DNA of 64,000 nucleotides from assembly GCA_963662665.2 (NCBI GenBank), contig CAXXJS010000020.1, positions 96,001 through 160,000 on the forward strand. The letters run 5' to 3'. Both the position numbers and the translations under genes were made by a program. Origin of the DNA: Candidatus Latescibacterota bacterium. Its GTDB lineage: Bacteria; Latescibacterota; UBA2968; GCA-2709665. Positions 58,516 through 64,000 of this stretch are shown in pieces. The notes beneath the pieces are model-generated. The model saw only the letters and a program-made list of their open reading frames with translations. It ran no database searches and was not told the origin of the DNA. Within the stretch, counting starts at the first letter, position 1, and each line of letters begins with the position of its first letter.

Positions 58516-60060
58516 TTGGCTCAGGAAGGGGCGTCTTCCGCCCCTGAGGCGCAACTGGTTGCCCAGCGTTTGCAAAAGCTGGACTCGATTCGGGAGATGG
58601 GCGTGGAGCCCTATCCGTATCGGTTCGAAGTAACCCATCGCTCCAGGGAAGTCAGGGAGACTTTTGAGACGCTCGAACAGGGTGGGCGGGACGTGTCGGT
58701 GGCGGGGCGTCTCATGGCCAGGAGGGACCACGGCAAGTCGGCTTTTGCCGATCTTCTGGACGAAACGGACCGGATTCAGATCTACGTAAGACGGGATACG
58801 GTGGGCGATAGGAAGTTCGATCTTTGGAAATTGCTCGATATAGGGGATTTTGTCGGGGTTGAGGGATCCGTTTTCAGAACCCGTACGGGCGAGATGACGG
58901 TGAAGGCGCACGGGTTGGAACTGCTTTCCAAGGCCGTGCGGCCTCTGCCTGTGCCCAAGGAAGAGGTTAAAGAAGGTCGGCGGGTTGTCCACGATGCCTT
59001 CAGCGACCCTGAACTGCGGTACCGACGCCGTTACCTGGACCTGACGCTGAATCCCGACGTGAAGGACGTGTTTCGCAAGCGGACGGCGACCTTTTCCGCC
59101 ATTCGCGATTTTTTTGACGCCCGAGGCTTTCTGGAGGCCGACACGCCGGTGCTGCAGCCGATTTACGGCGGCGCTTCGGCGAGGCCCTTCACAACCCATC
59201 ACAATGCGCTCGATATGAAGCTCTATCTGCGGATTTCAAACGAGCTTTATCTGAAGCGCCTGATCGTGGGCGGATTTGAAAGGGTCTATGAATTCAGCCG
59301 TGATTTCCGAAACGAAGGAATCGACCGTACGCACAATCCGGAATTCACCATGCTGGAGGCTTATCAGGCATACGCCGATTACAACGATATGATGGAACTG
59401 ACCGAGTCGCTGTTTGCTTCGGTCGCCGAATCGGTTACCGGTGCGACCACGGTTGTTTATCAGGGGACGGAGATAGATCTTGGGCCGCCCTGGCGGCGGT
59501 TGACACTTCTGGATGCCATCAAGGCTTACGGAAGCCGGGACGTGTCCGGCGCTTCAGCGGAAGAATTGAGGGAGATCTGCCGCGAACTGGAAATCGACGT
59601 GGACTCCCGCGCTCAGCGCGGCCACCTGCTGGATGAGATCTTCGAGGCGGTCGTACAGCCTCATCTGATTCAACCCACGTTCATTACGGATTACCCCGTG
59701 GAGATGTCGCCGCTGGCCAAGCGGCACCGGGAATACCCGGAACTCACGGAACGTTTCGAGCCGTTTATCTGCGGCTGGGAGGCGGCCAACGCATTTTCCG
59801 AACTCAACGATCCGATCGACCAGCGGAAACGGTTCGAACACCAGGCCGCGTTGCGGGAAAGCGGGGATGAAGAGGCGCAGGTTCTGGACGCCGATTTCCT
59901 GAGGGCAATGGAATATGGAATGCCGCCTACGGGCGGAATGGGATTTGGCGTGGACCGGCTTGTGATGCTACTGACCGATGCGCGCTCAATTCGGGACGTC
60001 ATTCTGTTTCCGCATATGCGGCCCGAAGAGGGCCGTTCGGAGATAGACGGCGATGCGTAG
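58516..60060 (+). CDS. lysS: Lysine--tRNA ligase (class II)
   Basis: RYRRRYLDL, GGASARPFTT, FRNEG...HNPEFTMLE and YGMPPTGG.GFGVDRL motifs; AGGAGG RBS before TTG 58516. Confidence 0.97.
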   Translation: MAQEGASSAPEAQLVAQRLQKLDSIREMGVEPYPYRFEVTHRSREVRETFETLEQGGRDVSVAGRLMARRDHGKSAFADLLDETDRIQIYVRRDTVGDRKFDLWKLLDIGDFVGVEGSVFRTRTGEMTVKAHGLELLSKAVRPLPVPKEEVKEGRRVVHDAFSDPELRYRRRYLDLTLNPDVKDVFRKRTATFSAIRDFFDARGFLEADTPVLQPIYGGASARPFTTHHNALDMKLYLRISNELYLKRLIVGGFERVYEFSRDFRNEGIDRTHNPEFTMLEAYQAYADYNDMMELTESLFASVAESVTGATTVVYQGTEIDLGPPWRRLTLLDAIKAYGSRDVSGASAEELREICRELEIDVDSRAQRGHLLDEIFEAVVQPHLIQPTFITDYPVEMSPLAKRHREYPELTERFEPFICGWEAANAFSELNDPIDQRKRFEHQAALRESGDEEAQVLDADFLRAMEYGMPPTGGMGFGVDRLVMLLTDARSIRDVILFPHMRPEEGRSEIDGDA

Positions 60061-60757
60061 CCTGCTTAAGGCTGCGGATCTGGTAAAGCGGTACCGGGTC
60101 GGCCGTTCGGAGATTCAGGTGCTGAGGGGCGTCGCCCTTTCCGTCGAGCAGGGCGAGGTGGTTGCGGTTGTTGGGCCTTCCGGCGTGGGAAAGAGCACGC
60201 TGCTGCACATTCTGGGCGGGCTGGATCGCCCTACCAGTGGTACCGTCCGTGTAGACGGCAAAGACGTATACGCGCTGTCGGACACGGAGCGGGCGCGGTT
60301 CCGGAACGAGTCGGTAGGGTTTGTTTTTCAGTTTCATCATCTATTGAACGACTTTACGGCTGAAGAGAACGTGATGCTGCCCCTGATGATCCGGGGGCGG
60401 CCCGTGCCCGAAGCTCAGACTGAGGCCGCGGAACTGTTGAATTCCGTGGGGCTCTTCAATCGCCGCCGCCATCTGCCGTCGGAACTGTCCGGCGGAGAAT
60501 CTCAGCGCGTGGCCGTGGCGAGGGCCCTTGTCGGGCGGCCCAGGCTGGTACTGGCGGATGAACCCTCGGGCAATCTGGATGCGGAACGCAGCCGGGAACT
60601 GCACGATCTGATCTGGAAACTGGCCGGCAGCCTGAAGCAGACCTTTGTTATCGCCACGCACGATCAGGCGTTGGCCGCCAGGGCGGATCGGATCATTCGC
60701 ATGGAAGACGGAAGAATCGTCCTGAACCCGGTCGAGGGCCACGCGGGCGATATGTAA
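60053..60757 (+). CDS. lolD: Lipoprotein-releasing ABC transporter ATP-binding protein (LolD-like)
   Basis: GPSGVGKSTLLHILGGLD, GFVFQFHHLL, LSGGE.QR and LADEP.GNLD motifs. Confidence 0.85.
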   Translation: MRSLLKAADLVKRYRVGRSEIQVLRGVALSVEQGEVVAVVGPSGVGKSTLLHILGGLDRPTSGTVRVDGKDVYALSDTERARFRNESVGFVFQFHHLLNDFTAEENVMLPLMIRGRPVPEAQTEAAELLNSVGLFNRRRHLPSELSGGESQRVAVARALVGRPRLVLADEPSGNLDAERSRELHDLIWKLAGSLKQTFVIATHDQALAARADRIIRMEDGRIVLNPVEGHAGDM

Positions 60758-60823
60758 ACCCCTTTCGGGCTGAATAGAGATGGTCCACGGGACGTCTCAG
60801 AGGACCCAGAGGAGACAAATCCA

Positions 60824-63289
60824 ATGAATAGCAGGTTCTCGGATCGGGTGAAGCGGGTGATGCGGCTGGTCCGCGAGGAAGCGGCCCGGCTTGGCAATAA
60901 CCATATAAGCAGCGAGCATCTCTTGCTCGGCATTATCCGGGAGGGTAAGGGTTCGGCCGTCGACGTGATGTTGAATCTGGGATTGAACCTGGACAAGATC
61001 AAACAGTCGATCGATGACTACGTCGCGTATTCGGGCGGGTCGATGACGATGGGTGACGTGCCCTTCACGCCAAGAGCAAAACAGATTCTCGAAATTGCGG
61101 CCACCGAAGCTAAGGAGATGAAGAGCCAGTATGTTCGAACCTGCCATCTGCTGGTGGCTCTGGTGAAAGACAAGGAGACGATTGCCGCGCAGATTCTGGT
61201 GGGATTTGGCGTCGATTACAAGACCGTGAAGGAGGAGGTGATTGCCGTTTTGCAGGGGAAACCAACTGGTAAACGCGAAAAGAAGAAGAGCAAGACCCCC
61301 TATCTGGATCATTTTGGACGCGACCTGACCGAACTGGCGCGCGAGGGCAAGCTGGATCCGGTCATTGGCAGGGAGCGGGAGATTGAACGCGTATCTCAAG
61401 TGCTCAGCCGGCGCAAAAAGAACAACCCAGTACTGATCGGCGAGCCCGGGGTGGGAAAAACGGCGATCGTCGAAGGACTTGCCCAGCGCATCGTGGAGCG
61501 CCGCGTGCCGCAGTTGTTGGCCGACAGACGCATGGTTACGCTGGATATGGGCGGCATGGTCGCGGGAACAAAATACCGCGGCCAGTTTGAAGAGCGCATC
61601 AAGGCGGTTATGAACGAACTCCAGCAGAACAAGGACGTCATTATCTTCATCGACGAGTTGCATACCATCGTCGGGGCCGGAAGCGCCGAGGGAACGCTGG
61701 ACGCCTCGAATATGTTCAAGCCGGCGTTTTCGCGAGGCGAGCTCCAGTGCATCGGCGCCACCACACTGGACGAATACCGCAAATACATCGAAAAGGACGG
61801 CGCGCTGGAACGGCGTTTTCAAACCATTCTGGTCGATTCGCCGTCGCTGGACGACGCTATTGATATCCTTAAGGGCCTGAAGGAGAAATTCGAGGCCCAC
61901 CATCTGGTAACCTATACCCAGGATGCCGTTGAGAGCGCCGTCCGCATGGCCGACCGGTATATCAGCGACCGGCACCTGCCGGACAAGGCAATCGACGTGA
62001 TCGACGAGACAGGATCCCGCGTACGTCTCGGCAGGTTGAACCCGCCTGAGGAAATAAAGACCCTTGAACTCGAAATCGAGGACGTTACGCGGCAGAAGAA
62101 TGCGGCTGCCAACAGCCAGCAATTCGAAGAGGCCGCAAAACTCAGAGACCAGGAACGGAAGCTGAAGGAACAGGTCGATGAAATGCGTCAGGAGTGGGAG
62201 CAAAAGGTTCGTGACGAAGTGGTGGAGGTGACCGAGCAGGATATCGCGGAAGTAATCTCCAGCATGACGGGAATTCCCGCGTTCAGGCTGGCGCAGGAGG
62301 AGTCGGAGAAACTGCTCCGCATGGGAGAGAAGGTGAAGTGCCGCGTGGTCGGACAGGACGAAGCGGTAGACACGGTCTGCCGCTCCATTCGCCGCACGCG
62401 GGCGGGGCTGAAAGACCCGAATCGTCCGATCGGCACGTTTCTCTTTCTGGGACCGACGGGTGTCGGCAAAACCTATCTGGCGCAGGCGCTCGCCAGGTAT
62501 CTGTTCGACGACGAGGAAGCGCTTATCACGGTGGATATGTCGGAGTATATGGAGAAATTCGCGGTCTCGCGGCTTATCGGCGCGCCCCCTGGATACGTGG
62601 GGTACGACGAGGGCGGCCAGCTCACCGAGAAGGTTCGCAGAAAGCCCTATTCGGTGGTTCTGCTTGACGAGATTGAAAAAGCCCATCCGGATGTGTTCAA
62701 CCTGCTCCTGCAGGTCCTCGACGAGGGTCGTCTGACGGATAGCTTCGGCCGGAAGGTAAACTTCAGGAATACCATATTGATCATGACCTCCAATCTCGGA
62801 ACCCGTGACCTGGCGAAGGCCGGCGGGCTCGGATTCAAGCGCTCCGACAAGAAGAGCATGCGTGAAAAAATGGTGGAATGCGTGGAAGAAGAACTCAAAA
62901 AGACGTTCAATCCCGAGTTTCTGAATCGTCTGGACGAGATGGTGGTCTTCAATCCCCTCGAACGAAAAGAGATTATCCAGATCGTCGATCTCGAAATTGC
63001 AGAGATATTGGAGCGCGTCAAGGAGAGGGGTATTTCAATCAGTCTCACTCCGGGGGCCAAAGCGCTTCTGGCGGAAAAGGGGTACGACCCCACTTACGGC
63101 GCGCGTCAACTGAAGCGCACCATACAGAAGCTGGTGGAAGATCCAATGGCTGAAGAGATACTTCAGGGCAAGTACACCGCCGGGAGTGAGGTGCGCGTGA
63201 GCAAGAAGGGTGACGGGCTCCATTTTGTGGATTCCAACGCGGTTGCCGCCGCCAATCAGCAGGTGGTGGATCGTGTTTCAGAGGAATGA
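60824..63289 (+). CDS. clpC: ATP-dependent Clp protease ATP-binding subunit
   Basis: Clp-N repeats, two AAA modules ([16 protein letters not shown]), short UVR-type middle domain ([11 protein letters not shown]) and LGF loop. Confidence 0.95.
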   Translation: MNSRFSDRVKRVMRLVREEAARLGNNHISSEHLLLGIIREGKGSAVDVMLNLGLNLDKIKQSIDDYVAYSGGSMTMGDVPFTPRAKQILEIAATEAKEMKSQYVRTCHLLVALVKDKETIAAQILVGFGVDYKTVKEEVIAVLQGKPTGKREKKKSKTPYLDHFGRDLTELAREGKLDPVIGREREIERVSQVLSRRKKNNPVLIGEPGVGKTAIVEGLAQRIVERRVPQLLADRRMVTLDMGGMVAGTKYRGQFEERIKAVMNELQQNKDVIIFIDELHTIVGAGSAEGTLDASNMFKPAFSRGELQCIGATTLDEYRKYIEKDGALERRFQTILVDSPSLDDAIDILKGLKEKFEAHHLVTYTQDAVESAVRMADRYISDRHLPDKAIDVIDETGSRVRLGRLNPPEEIKTLELEIEDVTRQKNAAANSQQFEEAAKLRDQERKLKEQVDEMRQEWEQKVRDEVVEVTEQDIAEVISSMTGIPAFRLAQEESEKLLRMGEKVKCRVVGQDEAVDTVCRSIRRTRAGLKDPNRPIGTFLFLGPTGVGKTYLAQALARYLFDDEEALITVDMSEYMEKFAVSRLIGAPPGYVGYDEGGQLTEKVRRKPYSVVLLDEIEKAHPDVFNLLLQVLDEGRLTDSFGRKVNFRNTILIMTSNLGTRDLAKAGGLGFKRSDKKSMREKMVECVEEELKKTFNPEFLNRLDEMVVFNPLERKEIIQIVDLEIAEILERVKERGISISLTPGAKALLAEKGYDPTYGARQLKRTIQKLVEDPMAEEILQGKYTAGSEVRVSKKGDGLHFVDSNAVAAANQQVVDRVSEE

Positions 63290-63669
63290 ATCGCCGCCTG
63301 GCGCGTGGGGGTTTAACGGTTTTACCCTGGTTTCACTGCGATCATGACCAATTGGGTCCGGACGTACGGCCGGGCCCAATTTTGCCGTACAGGTGATAGC
63401 AGGAACTTTTGTTGTGACGGAGCGTTTGTTCGATTGTGGCGGACCCGGGCACGTGTTGGATATTCCTTAGAAGCTGTTTTAAGATTCCCGGGGAGTTCCC
63501 GAGCGCGAGCGAAAGGGTGTCGGTCAAGGCGGGTGAACGCGTCCATATCTTCAAGATACGGGTGCGTTTGACCAACGCAGACCGACGCTCTTGCAGCCGA
63601 GCGAAGACCGCCGGGGGCTTTAAGACAGTTTCTTAATGTCGCAGGCTGGCGACTCGGAGGCGAACGGCT

Positions 63670-64000
63670 TTGTTGAAAATCCTTTCCGGTTGTTTTCTGG
63701 TGCTGCTGAACCTCTTGTCGCCTCTGGCGGCGGCGGCGCAGGAGGCGCCCGTTATTTTCGAGATCAGAGTTGAGGGCAACCGGATCACGGAAGCATCACT
63801 GATCCGGTTCTCTTCCGGGTTGGCCGAAGGTCAGCGCCTCGTCTTGCCTGATGACCCGCCCCGGGTGATTCGCAATCTCCACCGGTTGAATATATTTTCA
63901 GACATCCAGGTCTACGTCGACACGGACGTGGACGAAGGTGTGGCGGTTGTGATTGTCGTCAAGGAGCATCCCAAGCTGGAAGACGTCGTGTTCGAAGGAA
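63670..64000 (+). CDS. bamA: Outer membrane protein assembly factor BamA, 5' part (runs off the window)
   Basis: GGAGG RBS, signal peptide and POTRA1 pattern IRVEGNRIT...IRNLHRLNIFSDIQV...IVVKEHP.L.DV.FEG; the frame is open to the window end. Confidence 0.8.
   Translation, partial: MLKILSGCFLVLLNLLSPLAAAAQEAPVIFEIRVEGNRITEASLIRFSSGLAEGQRLVLPDDPPRVIRNLHRLNIFSDIQVYVDTDVDEGVAVVIVVKEHPKLEDVVFEG

Noticed and set aside
63290-63669. Riboswitch or ncRNA in the 380-bp clpC-bamA gap
   Set aside because: No recognisable conserved RNA motif by eye; an Rfam scan would be needed.

Overview
A 64-kb, moderately GC-rich bacterial chromosome segment. Gene content suggests a diderm of the FCB superphylum, possibly Latescibacterota- or Gemmatimonadota-like (PorX-type regulator beside tsaE, three-domain IspG, FlgD-Ig-tailed secreted protein, lolA/lolD/bamA); this is inference only. 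Most of the window is housekeeping: queC, murQ, a ClpX-like ATPase, rqcH, tsaE, rpsU, mutS2, ispG, dnaG, ligA, tsaD, ftsK, lolA, prfB (+1 frameshift), lysS, lolD, clpC and the start of bamA. An ~11.8-kb accessory defence island (31178-43013) lies between convergent tRNA-Ile2(CAT) and tRNA-Ala(GGC) genes. It carries a decaying type I restriction-modification locus (hsdM, an MNT-hsdS fusion cut by an IS1182 element, no hsdR), an AlbA_2/HATPase gene with an internal stop, an orphan hicB, a HEPN-like ORF, a RelE-like/UvrD helicase fusion and a stand-alone Cas4-like Fe-S nuclease. The most striking signal is a ~590-bp cassette inserted in frame inside hsdM: a DUF559 (Vsr-like) endonuclease domain bracketed by inverted palindromic repeats (CCCTCACCC...CCCTCTCCC-N3-GGGAGAGGG). 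Nuclease-free copies of its end sit in a second hsdM loop (again in frame), next to tRNA-Ala, and at an apparent deletion breakpoint. This looks like an endonuclease-plus-palindrome mobile system that colonises coding sequence. A separate MITE family has two copies (16.5 kb and 48.2 kb). All assignments come from motif recognition by eye; no database search was run.
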